Assembly (NCBI RefSeq): GCF_009914755.1
Contig: NC_060947.1
DNA: 64,000 nucleotides
DNA from: the human T2T-CHM13v2.0 reference genome, Homo sapiens
Reading direction: 5' to 3' (one strand)
A model generated the notes under the pieces. The model was given only the letters and a program-made list of their open reading frames with translations. It searched no databases and had not been told where the DNA came from. The translations under genes and the position numbers were made by a program. This document shows, in pieces, positions 1-11,047 of this stretch. Numbering within the stretch: position 1 is the first letter of the stretch; each line of letters begins with the position of its first letter.

Positions 1-181
1 GAGGCCATGTGGTCTCTGTTGTGACTCAACAGTGCAAGTCTGCCATGGTAGTGTTAAAGCAGTCATAGGAAACATGTAAATAAATGGACATGGTTGTGTT
101 CCAATAAAACTTTATTTACAAAAACAGACTGGGGGCCGGATGTGACCCATGAGCTATATAGTACTTTGCCAATCCCTACTC
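1..181. mobile_element. MER58A-like hAT-Charlie DNA transposon relic (cut by window start)
   Basis: Contains MER58 hallmark 'gtgttccaataaaactttatttacaaaaacag...ggccggat...tttgccaatccct'. Confidence 0.8.
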
Positions 182-1154
182 TAAAACATCATCCATTTGA
201 GCCCATTCTTATATTTTTAATTCACTAATTGATAAATTTTCAAAACCCTCCCATGAAATGAGGAGCTGACACATGTTTTATGTTTGAAAGAAACTAGGGC
301 AGAGATTAGTAAAATGACTTTTCTGAGGTTGCAGGGAGCTAAAAATGGACCTCAGAGCCCCAGTTTGTCCTACTTGTTGCCAGAAAGCTCTATGATGTGT
401 CTTCTGTCAGCATGCAGTTCTTGCATAGCTCTGACACCTATGACCTACCTTAAAGGTTGTTCTAGGAACAATGTCAACATTCACCAGAGAAGTACAACTT
501 TTAATATGAAAATGCCATGACTCCTCCCTTCCTTTTGGTGGGTGTTCACAGGGAGGAGGTCTGCTAATCAATCACAGGGTTTGCATCTGCTCTCCCACTC
601 TAACCAGCACCTTTGTGGGAGGGGTACAGAGGACAGGAAATGATAGCAGGGGGCAGCCCAGTCACAATGGAATGCTGAATACAAGTGCAAATAATTATTA
701 GGAAGGTGAAAATTACATAGCAATTTGCGCTTACTAATGGTCGACAGAAAAACAGCCCCATTGTACTTTCAAAAAGTTAATTGTCCATAGTGTTTTGGAA
801 AAATGTTGCTTATTATCATTGTGGAATTTTATAAGGCTTCTGTGTAAATGTCCTTAACTCATTTTTGGTGATATTCTGTTCTAGATTGTTCTCTCAGCTT
901 CTCCTTTCTCTCACCATTCTCCTTTTGCTCCAAGCTCATGAGAGGTTCCTCAGGTGGTTCTTTTTTTTTTTTAAGCTCAACATTTAAACTTCAGTTTCCC
1001 ACATTATCAAGCCCGCATTCCTACATAAAACCCCCAAAAGGGTAAAGGATTAATAAGTTGAATATGTTGGTACCATTTGGTTTTGGTCCAGAAATTACTG
1101 GAGACTCATGGCTATTCTCCTACAGGAGATAAAGGAGACCAACAAAAATCAGTT

Positions 1155-1272
1155 TGCACTGCCTAGAATATTGTCTGGGAAATAGTATGCAGTTAATAAG
1201 TATTTGTTGAATAGATGTTTAGATGTATGTTTGTATCAGTAGATGGGTGGATGAATGGATGGATGGATGAAT
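1155..1272 (+). mobile_element. L2 3' end fragment with (TGGA)n tail
   Basis: 'cctagaatattgtctgg...aataagtatttgttgaat' followed by gatggatggatgaat repeats, typical of the L2 3' terminus. Confidence 0.6.
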
Positions 1273-1392
1273 AAGCCTGTTTCTGAAGCCTTATATTCAG
1301 TGGGCCATAAGGGAAAATGCTGATACAAAAATCAGTGAGTATCTCTTCTTAAATTACTGATGTAGAAATGTCACTAGAAGAATTTAGGCATT

Positions 1393-1696
1393 AGCCAGGT
1401 GTGGTGGCTCACGCTTGTAATCCCAGCACTTTGGGAGGCCAAGGCGGGCAGATCATGAGGTCAGGGGTTTGAGACCAGCCTGACCAATATGGTGAAACCC
1501 CATCTCTACTAAAAATACAAAAATTAGCCAGGCATGGTGGTGCGTGCCTATAATCCCAGCTACTCAGGAGGCCGAGGCAAGAGAATCACTTGAACCCAGG
1601 AGGTGGAGATTGCAGTGAGCTGAGATCGCACCATTGCACTTCAGCCTGGGCGACAGAGTAAGACTCTGTCTCAAAAAAAAAAAAAAAAAAAAAAAA
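1393..1696 (+). mobile_element. AluS (Sg/Sx-like), full length
   Basis: Dimeric Alu with A-rich linker and poly(A); TSD AAGAATTTAGGCATT at 1378-1392 and 1695-1709. Confidence 0.95.
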
Positions 1697-1712
1697 GAAT
1701 TTAGGCATTTAG

Positions 1713-2430
1713 TGGGATACACCTTACTCCTGCAAGAATGGCCATAATCAAAAAACCAAAAAATAGTAGATATTGATGTGGATGCAGTGAACAGGGAACA
1801 TTTCTACACTGCTGGTGGGAATATAAGCTAGTACAACCGCTATGGAAAACAGTATGGAGATTCCTTAAACAACTAAAAGTAGAACTACCATTTGATCCAG
1901 CAATCCCACTACTGGGTATCTACCCAGAGGAAAAGAAGTCATACGAAAAAGATACTTGCACATGCATGTTTACAGCAGCACAATTCGCAATTCCAAAAAC
2001 ATGGAACCAACTCAAATGCCCATCAATCAACAAGTGGATTAAGAAACTTTGGTGTATATATATACGATGGAATACTACACAGCCATAAAAAGGAATGAAT
2101 TAATGGCATTCACAGCGACCTGGATGGGATTGGAGACTATTATTCTAAGTGAAGTAACTCAGGAATGGAAGACCAAACATCATATGTTCTCACTCATAAG
2201 TGGGAGCTAAGCTATGAGAATGTCAAGGCATAAAAATGACACAATGGACTTTGGGGACTCAGAGGAAAGAGTGGGAAGCAGGTGAGGAATAAAAGACTAC
2301 AAATAGGGTACAATGTATACTGCTCGGGTGATGGGTGCGCCAAAATCTCACAAATCACCACTAAAGAACTTACTCATGTAACTAAACACCACCTGTTCCC
2401 CCAATAACCTATGGAAATAAAAAAAAAATT
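1713..2430 (+). mobile_element. 5'-truncated L1PB-like 3' end (ORF2 C-terminus + 3' UTR + A tail)
   Basis: 3' UTR '...aaaatctcacaaatcaccactaaagaacttactcatgtaac...aataacctatggaaataaaaaa'; 18-bp TSD AAGAATTTAGGCATTTAG at 1695-1712 and 2433-2450. Confidence 0.9.
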
Positions 2431-2865
2431 ATAAGAATTTAGGCATTTAGGTAAAGCCTTTATTTTATAATAAGACACTAAACGTTTATCAAAACCTTGT
2501 CACCAATTCATAAGTTAGTGTGGCTGTTTATCAGAAATTCAAGATGCAATAAAATTATCTTTCTGGAAATAGTGTCGTTGCAGTGTATTTTAGCAACAAG
2601 TGGCATAGAATAATAAAGCACAGAAATAAGAGTAAAAAAACTTGGGGTAAAATCCCAGCTCTTTCAGTGTTAGCTCTGTGATGGTGGATTATCACTAGGA
2701 CACTGTGGGCCTCACTTTTCTCATTATACAACAATGTGTTTGGACTAGAAATCTGTATCATCTGGGAATCCTGTGAGGTACAAGCAACAAAAAATTCTAA
2801 GTCAATTTGGCTTCAATGATAAAAATAATTTGTTGGTTTATGTACCTAAAAAATAAATGATAAAA

Positions 2866-3146
2866 CTGTTACAGCCAAAAGGAGTCTAAGGATACATGAC
2901 AACTCAATGTAATATGCTATACTGGTTGGAATTTTGGAACAAATAAAGGACATTAGGTAAAACCTAAAGAAATCTGAATAAAATGTGGACTTTAGTTAAT
3001 AATAATGTATCAATATTGGTTCATAAATTGTGACAAATGTACCACACTAATGTAAGATGTTAACAATAGGGGAAACTGAGTGCCACATATACAGGAATGC
3101 TCTGTACTCTGTAATTTTTCTGCAAATCTAAAAGTGTTCTAAAATA
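2866..3146 (+). mobile_element. Old L1M (L1MC/MD-like) 3' UTR fragment
   Basis: 'tttagttaataataatgtatcaatattggttcat...tgtgacaaatgtaccacactaatgtaagatgttaacaataggggaaactg...aaatctaaaa'. Confidence 0.75.
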
Positions 3147-3179
3147 ATGTCAGACATAAGAAATACACAAAACAGGATA

Positions 3180-4680
3180 ATGTCAGCAAGATGGCGGACT
3201 AGGAAGCTTCAGTTCCTCATTCTCCCACAGAGCCACAAAATTAACAACAAGTTATTGACCAGAATAACTTTGTGAGAATTCTAAAGACCAGTTGAAAAGT
3301 TACAGCATCTAGACCAATGTAAAACCAAGAAGGAATTCCAGCAAAAAGGAAAGGAAACTTTTAAAAAGTTTTGCATACCTGTTATCAATGCTTCTCTCCC
3401 TATCTGATTTAGGATAGTGCAACTAACAGGAAACCTCCCACCTTGGGAATCCTCTTTTAGGATGAAAACAAAAGAGCGGACCATGCATCTAGCATTTGGG
3501 CTAGTCTGGAGGCTGTCTAAGGAACTGGTTCCTGAGTTACGTTACTCAGAGCACTGATGGGACTTGGTGAAGCACTGGTGGCCTTCTTTGGAAGCTGCTG
3601 AAAACAAGACATGATCCTCAGGGCATGTTATAGCTGCAGTTCCAAAGGCAGACACCAGCAGAATGTTCACAGGCTTCTAAGAAGAAACAGGAACAACAAG
3701 CTTCTTAGGAAATTGGAGATGTTTTAAAGCATAGACACAAACGCAGAGAAGACAGCATATCCTTAGAAAAAGTTTGGAGAGGTCCTAGAATCTATCGCGG
3801 AGCTAATCCGTGAAGATTTTTCCCTGCACAAAGTCAGACTATAAAGACTAGGAGAGGTGGTTGTTTCTCAAATGCCCAAGTCTCAACAACAGCAGTGACA
3901 AATCCCAAGGCATACTAGGAGAGAGGAAAACCAGGCCCAATCAAAGTGCCAAAATAAAACTCCAGAAACTGACCCTAAAGAAACACAGATCAATTCTCCC
4001 TCACAAAGAATGTAAAGTAACTGTACTAAACATGCTCAATGAACTAAAATGGAACACAGATAAACAACTAAATAAATTCAGGAAAATGATGCATGAACAA
4101 AATAAGCATATCAACAAAGAGACACAAACTATAAAGAAGAACCAAACAAATTCTGGAAGTGAAAAATATAATAACAGAACAGAAAAAAATTCAAGAGGTT
4201 TCAACAGAAGACTGGATTTGACAGAAAAAAAAAACAAACTTAAAGACAGATTATTAGAAGTCATTATTAGAAGTAATCAAGTCAGAGGATTAAAAAGAAA
4301 AAAATAAAAGTGAAGAGAGCCTAAGAGACTTACGGACACTGACAGGTAAACCATTGTATGCATGATGGGAGTCCCAGAAGGAAAAGAGAGGGAGTAAGTG
4401 TTATTTGAACCAACAATGGCCAAAAACTTTTCAAACTTGAGGAAAAAAAATGGGCATGCAAATTCAAGAGGCTCAAAGAACTACAACCAAGATAAATTCA
4501 AAAAGACCCACAAGAAGATGCATTGTAATCAAATTGTCAAAAGTCAAAGACAAAGAATCTTGAAAGCAGCGAGAGAAAAATAACTCATCACATACAAAAC
4601 AGCTTCCATAAGGTTATCAGTGGAATTACCAATAGATAACTTACAGGCCAGAAGGAAGTGACAAAGAATACTGTATCCAG
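3180..4680 (+). mobile_element. L1M (L1MB-like) 5' UTR and decayed ORF1
   Basis: Starts 'caagatggcggactaggaag'; ORF-track pieces 3861-4307 and 4398-4583 resemble L1 ORF1 coiled coil and '(R)ILKAAREK'. Confidence 0.8.
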
Positions 4681-4906
4681 AAATTGCCACAGCCACCCAA
4701 CCTTCAGCAGCCCCCACCCTGAACAGTCAGCAGCCATCAACACCGAGGCAAAATCTTCCGTTAGCAAAAAGATTATGATTTGCTGAAGGCTCAGACAATT
4801 GTTGCCACATTTTAGCAATGAAGTATTTTTAATTAAGGTGTGTACATTGTTTTTTAAGGCACAATGTTATTGCACATTCAATAGACTATAGTATGGTATG
4901 AACATA
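4681..4906 (+). mobile_element. Tigger1 internal/3' fragment, no terminal inverted repeats
   Basis: 'aaattgccacagccacccaaccttcagcagc...cagtcagcagccatcaaca...gctgaaggctcaga...aatagactatagtat' matches the Tigger1 3' region. Confidence 0.8.
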
Positions 4907-7900
4907 TTTTTTAAGTTCTGGGATACATGTGTAGGACATGCAGGTTTATTACACAGGTAAACATCTGCCATGGTAGTTTATTGCACCTATCAACCCATCA
5001 CCTTGGTATTAAGCCCTACATGCATTAGCTATTTATCCTGACGCTCTCCCTCCCCCCACAACCCCCAACTACAGGCCCCAGTGTGTGTTGTTCCTCTCCG
5101 TGTCCATGTGTTCTCATTTTTCAGCTCCTGCTGGTAAGTGAGAACATGTGGTGTTTGGTTTTCTGTTCCTGCATTAGTTTGCTGAGGATAATGGCTTTGA
5201 GCTCCATCCATGTCCCTGCAAAGGACAAGATCTCATTCCTTTTTATGGCTGCATAGTATTCTGTGGTGTATATGTACCACATTTTCTTTATCCAGTCTAT
5301 CATTGATGGGCATTTAGATTGATTCCATGTCTTTTCTATTGTAAATATTGCTGCAGTGAACATATGTGTACATGTAACTTTATAATAGAATGATCTATAT
5401 TCCTTTGGGTACATACCCAGTAATGGCATGGCTGAGTCAAATGGTATTTCTGGTTTTAAGTTTTTGACTAATTGCCCCACTGTCTTCCACAATGTTTGAA
5501 ACTAATTTACATTACCAAAAGTGTGAAAACATTCCTATTTCTCCACAGCCTTGCCAGCATCTGTTGTTTCTAGACTTTTTAATAATTACCATTCTGACTG
5601 GCATGAGATGATATCTTATTGTGGTTTTGATTTGCATTTCTCTGATGATCAGTGATGTTGAGCTTTTCTTCATATATTTCTTGGCCACATAAATGTCTTC
5701 TGTTGAGAAGCGTCTGTTCGTATCCTTTGCCCACTTTTTAATAGGGTTGTTTTTTCTTGTAAATTTGTTTAAATTCCTTGTAGATTCTGGATATGAGACC
5801 TTTGTCAGATGGATATATTGCAAAAATTTTCTCCCATTCTATATATTGTATGTTCACTCTGATGATAGTTTATTTTGCTGTGCAGAAGCTCTTTAGTTTA
5901 ATTAGATCCTATTTGTCAGTTTTTGTTTCTGTTGCAATTGATTTTGATGTTTCCATCATGAAATCTTTGCCTGTGCCTACGTCCTGAATGGTACTGCCTA
6001 GATTTTCTTCTAGGGATTTTATAGTTTTGTGTTTTACATTTAAGTCTCTAATCGCTCTGGAGTCAATTTTTGTATAAGATCTAAGGAAGGGGTCCAGTTT
6101 CAATTTTCTACATATGGCTAGCCAGTTCTCCCAGCACCATTTATTAAATAGGGAATTCTTTCCCCATTGCTTGTTTTTGTCAGGTTTGTCAAAGATCAGA
6201 TCATTGTAAATGTGCAGTCATATTTCTGAGATATCTATTCTGTTCCATTGGTCTATGTGTCCGTTTTTCTACCAGTACCATGCTGTTTTGGTTACCGTAG
6301 CCTTACAATATAGTTTGAAGTCTGGTAGAGTGATGCCTCAAGCTTTGTTCTTTTTGCTTAGGATTGTCTTGGCTATATGAGCTCCTTTTTGGTTCCATAT
6401 GAATTTTAAAGTAGTTTTTGCTAATTCTGTGAAGAATGTCAATGGTAGTTCAATGGGAATAGCACTGAATATATAAATTACTTCGGGCAGTATGGCCATT
6501 TTCAAGGTATTGATTCTTCCTATCCATGAGCATGGAATGTTTCTCCATTTGTGTGTGTCCTCTCTGATTTCTTTGAGCAGTGGTTTCTAGTTCTCCTTGA
6601 AGAGGTCCTTCACTTCCCTTGTTAGCTGTATTCCTAGGTGTTTTATTCTCTTTGTAGCAATCGTGAATGGGACTTCATTCATGGTTTGGCTCTCTGCTTG
6701 TCTGTTATTGGTGTATAGGAATGCTTGTGATTTTTGCACATTGATTTTGTATCCTGAGACTTTGCTGAAGTTGCTTATCAGCTTAAGAAGCTTTGGGGCT
6801 GAGATGATGGGGTTTTCTAGATATGGGATCATGTCGTCTACAAACAGAGACAGTTTGACTTCCTCTCTTCCTATTTGAATACCCTTTCTTTCTTTCTCTT
6901 GCCTGATTGCCCTGGCCAGAACTTCCAATACTATGTTGAATAGGAATGGTGAGAGAGGGCATCCTTGTCTTGTGGCAGTTTTCAAGGGGAATGCATCCAG
7001 CTTTGGCCCATTCTGTATGATATTGGCTGTAGGTTTGTCATAAATGGCTCTTATTATTTTGAGGTATGTTCCATCAATACCTAGCTTATTGAGAGTTTTT
7101 AACATGAAGAGATGTTGAATTTTATTGAAGGCCTTTTCCACGTCTATTATCAAATGGTTTTTGTCTTTAGTTCAGTTTATGTGATGAATTATGTTCATTG
7201 ATTTGCATATGTTGAACCAGCCTTGCATCCTGGGGATTAAGCCAACTTAATTGTGGTGGATAAGCTTTTTGATGTGCTGCTGGATTTGGTTTGCCAGTAT
7301 TTTATTGAGGATTTTTGCCTCGATGTTCATCAGGGATATTGGCCTGAAGTTTTTCTTTTTTGTTGTATCTCTGCCAGGTTTTGGTATCAGGATGATGCTG
7401 GCCTCATAAAATGAGTTAGGGAGGAGTCTCTCCTTTTCAATTGTTTGCATTAGTTTCAGAAGAAATGACACTAGCTCCCCTTTGTACCTTAGGTAGAATT
7501 CAGCTGTAAATCCGTCTGGCCCTGGGCTTTTTATTTTTTGGTTGGTAGGCTATTTATTACTGCCTCAATTTCAGAACTTGTTATTGGTCTATTCAGGGAT
7601 TCAGCTTCTTCCTGATTCAGTCTTGGGAGGGTGTATATGTCCAGGATTTTTTCCATTTCTTCTAGATTTTCTAGTTTGTTTGCATAGAGGTATTTATAGT
7701 ATGCTCTGATGGTTGTTTCTATTTTTGTGGGGTCAGTGGTGATATCCCCTTTATTATTTTTATTGTGTTTATCTGATTCTTCTGTCTTTTCTTAGCTAGC
7801 AGTCTGTTTTATTAATTTTTTCAAAAAACCAGCTCCTGGATTCATTGATTTTTTAAAATGTGTTTTCATGTCTCTATCTCCTTCAGTTCTGCTCTGATCT

Positions 7901-10900
7901 TGGTTGTTTCTTGTCTTCTGCTAGCTTTGGGGTTTGTTTGCTCTTGGTTCTCTAGTTATTTTACTTGTGATATTAGGGAGTCAATTTGAGATCTTTCTAG
8001 CTTTTCGATGTGCTAGAAATTTCCCACTTAACACTGCTTTATCTGCGTCCCAGAGATTCTGGTATGTTGTCTCTTTTTTCTCATTGGTTTCAAAGAACTT
8101 CTTGATTTCTGCCTTAATTTCATTATTTACCCAAGAGTCATTCAGGAGCAGGTTGTTCAATTTTCATGTAATTGTGTGGCTTTGAGCGAGTTTCTTAATC
8201 TTGAGTCCCAATTTGATGGCACTGTGATCTGAAAGGCTGTTATGATTTCAGTTGTTTTGCATTTCTTGAGGAGTGTTTCACTTCCCTTTATGTGATCTAT
8301 TTTAGACTAAGTGCCATGTGGCACTGAGAAGAATGTATATTCTGTTATTTTTGAGTAGAGAGTTCTGTAGATATCTATTAGGTCCACTTGATCCAGAGCT
8401 GAGTTCAAGTCCTGAATATCCTTGTTAATTTTCTGTCTCGATGATCTGTCTAATATTGACAGTGGGGTCGATAGTGGGAGACTTCTCCCACTATTATTGT
8501 GTGGCAGTCTAAGTCTCTTTGTAAGTCTCTAAGAACTTGTTTTATGAATCTGGGTGCTCCTGTATTGGGTGCATATGTATATTTAGGATAGTTAGCTCTT
8601 CTTGTTGAATTCACCCCTTTACCATTATATAATGCCCTCCTTTGTCTTTTTTTTATCTGTGTTGGTTTAAAGTCTGTTTTATCAGAAATTAGAATTGCAA
8701 TCCCTGCTTTTTTCTGCTTTCTATTTGCTTGATAAATTTTTTTCTATCCCTTTATTTTGAGCCTATGTGTGTCTTTGCATGTGAGATGGGTCTCTTGAAT
8801 ATTGCAAGCTGATGGGTCTTGACTCTTTATCCAACTTGACATTCTGTGTCTTTTAATTGGAGCATTTAGGCCATTTACATTTAAGGTTAATATTGTTATG
8901 TGTGAATTTAATACTGTCATCATGATGCTAGCTGGTTACTTTGCAGACTTGTTGATGTAGTTGCTTCATAGTGTCATTGGTCTTTGTACTTCAGTGTGTT
9001 TTTGTAGTGGCTTGTGATAGTTTTTCCTTTCCATATTTAGTGCTTCTTTCAGGAACTCTTGCAAGGCAGGCCTGGTGGTGACGAATTCCCTCAGCATTTG
9101 CTTGTCTGAAAAGGATTTTATTTCTCCTTCACTTATGAAGCTTAGTTTGGCCAGAAATGAAATTCCGGGTTGGAAATTCTTTTAAGAATGTTGAATAATG
9201 CCCCCCAATCTCTTCTGGCTTGCAGGGTTCCTGCTGAGAGATCTGTTATTCTGATGAGCTTCCCTATCTAGGTGACCTGGCCTTTCTCTCTGGCTGCCCT
9301 TAACATTTTTTCCTTCATTTTGACCTTGGAGAATCTGATGATTATGTGTCTTGGGGTTGATCTTCTCATGGAGTATCTTACTGGGGTTCTCTAGATTTAC
9401 TGAATTTGAATGTTTGCCTGTCTTGCTAGGTTGGGGAAGTTCTCCTGGATGATATCCTGAAGTATGTTTTCCAACTTGGTTCTGTTCCCCCTGTCTCTTT
9501 CCGGTACTCAATCAGTCATAGGTTCAGTCTTTTTACATAATCCCATAGTGCTCAGAGGTTTTGTTCATTCCTTTTCGTTCTTTTTTTTTTTTTTTTTTCC
9601 TAATCTTGTCGACCTGTCTTATTTCAGCAAGATAGTCTTCATGCTCTGAAATTCTTTCCTCTGCTTGGTCTATTTGGCTATTGATACTTGTGGTTGCATT
9701 GTGAAGTTCTTGTGTTGTGTTTTTCAGCTCCGTCAGGTCATTCATGTTCCTCTCTAAACTGGTTATTCTGGTTAATGGCTCCTGAAATGTTTTATCATGA
9801 TTCTTAGCTTCTTTGTATTGGGTTAGAACATACTCCTTTAGCTCAGCAAAGTTCGTTATTACCCACCTTCTGAAGCCTACTTCTGTCAATTCATCCATCT
9901 CAGCCTCTGCCCAGTTCTGTCCTCTTGCTGGTGTTCTGATCATTTGGAGGAGAAGAGGCACTCTGGCTTTTTGAGCTTTCAGTCTTTTTTTGTTGATTCG
10001 TTCTAATCTTCATGAGTTTATCTAGCTTCAATCTTTGAGGCTGCTGACTGTTGGATGGGGTTTTTGTGGTGACTTTTTTGTTGATGCTGTTGTTGTTACT
10101 TTCTGTTTGTTTTTCTTCTAACTGTCAGGCCCCTCTTCCGTAGGGTTGCCATGGTTTGCTGGGAATCCACTCCAGACCCTATTTGTCTGGGTCCCTCCCA
10201 CACCTGGAGGTATCACCAGTAGAAGCTGCAGAACAGCAAAGATGGCTGCCTGCTCCTTCCTCTGGGATCTCTGTCCCAGAGGGGCACCAACATGATGCTA
10301 GCAGGAATGCCCCTGAATAAGGTATCTGGTGACCCCTGTTGGGGGTTCTCATCCAGTCAGGAGGCACAGGATCCAGGACCTGCTTAACGAAGCACTCTGG
10401 CTGCCCCTTGGCAGAGGGGGTGTGCCGCACTGGGGGGATTCACACTAATCTGGTGTGCCGGGATTCCTCCGAGCCAGCAGGGGGAAAGACTAAGTCTGCT
10501 GATCCATGGAGACTGTGGCCTCCCCTCCCCCAAGGGGCTCTTTTCCAGGGAGATTTGAGTTCTGTCCTTAAACCCCTAGCTGGAGTTGCTGAAATTCCTA
10601 CAGGTAGGCCCCGCCCGGTGAGTAGAGAGGGGTCAGAGTCTGGCCTAAAGAGGCAGTCTGGCCACGATCTGCCACAGCTGCTGTGTGGGCTATGGGGTAT
10701 TCCCCCTGGGTCCAAACCATCCAGTCTCCCCAGCCTCAGCAGACTGGAGCTGCAGCGATGGTGGCCACCCCTCCCCCTGGGAGGTCAGTCATCTTAGGCA
10801 GCAGGCAGCCACAGTGATGGCCGCTGCCCTTCTCCATGGGAGCTCAATAGTCTTAGGCAGTAGGCAACCAGAGAGATGACAGCCACCCCTCCCCCTGTAA

Positions 10901-11040
10901 ATTGGTAGTCTTAGGCAGTCTCCAGCCGAGTGGCTGCTGAGAATCTGCACAGCTATGTGCTTGGGACCCAAGGCCCTGGTGGCATGGGCTCAAGAGGTGA
11001 ATCTCCTGATTCCCGGGTTGCACAGATTGTGGAAAAAACC
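4907..11040 (-). mobile_element. Near full-length L1PA (about PA8-PA10), inactive; extreme 5' end missing
   Basis: T run and 3' UTR at 4907-5110; ORF2 fragments (5121-5492 C-terminal, 6587-7153 RT 'RQGCPLSP...LFVDDM', 7247-7471); ORF1 fragment 9533-9961; GC-richer 5' UTR about 10050-11040; many stops and frameshifts. Confidence 0.93.
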
Positions 11041-11047
11041 TTTGGCT

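Noticed and set aside
284-520. Short unique-sequence ORFs (this one, 14657-15010, 21269-21577 and similar)
   Set aside because: Many use non-ATG starts, lack splice or Kozak context or recognisable domains, and their lengths are expected by chance.
1378-2450. Three direct repeats as a CRISPR-like array
   Set aside because: Spacers are an Alu and an L1 of very unequal length; the repeats are TSDs in eukaryotic DNA.
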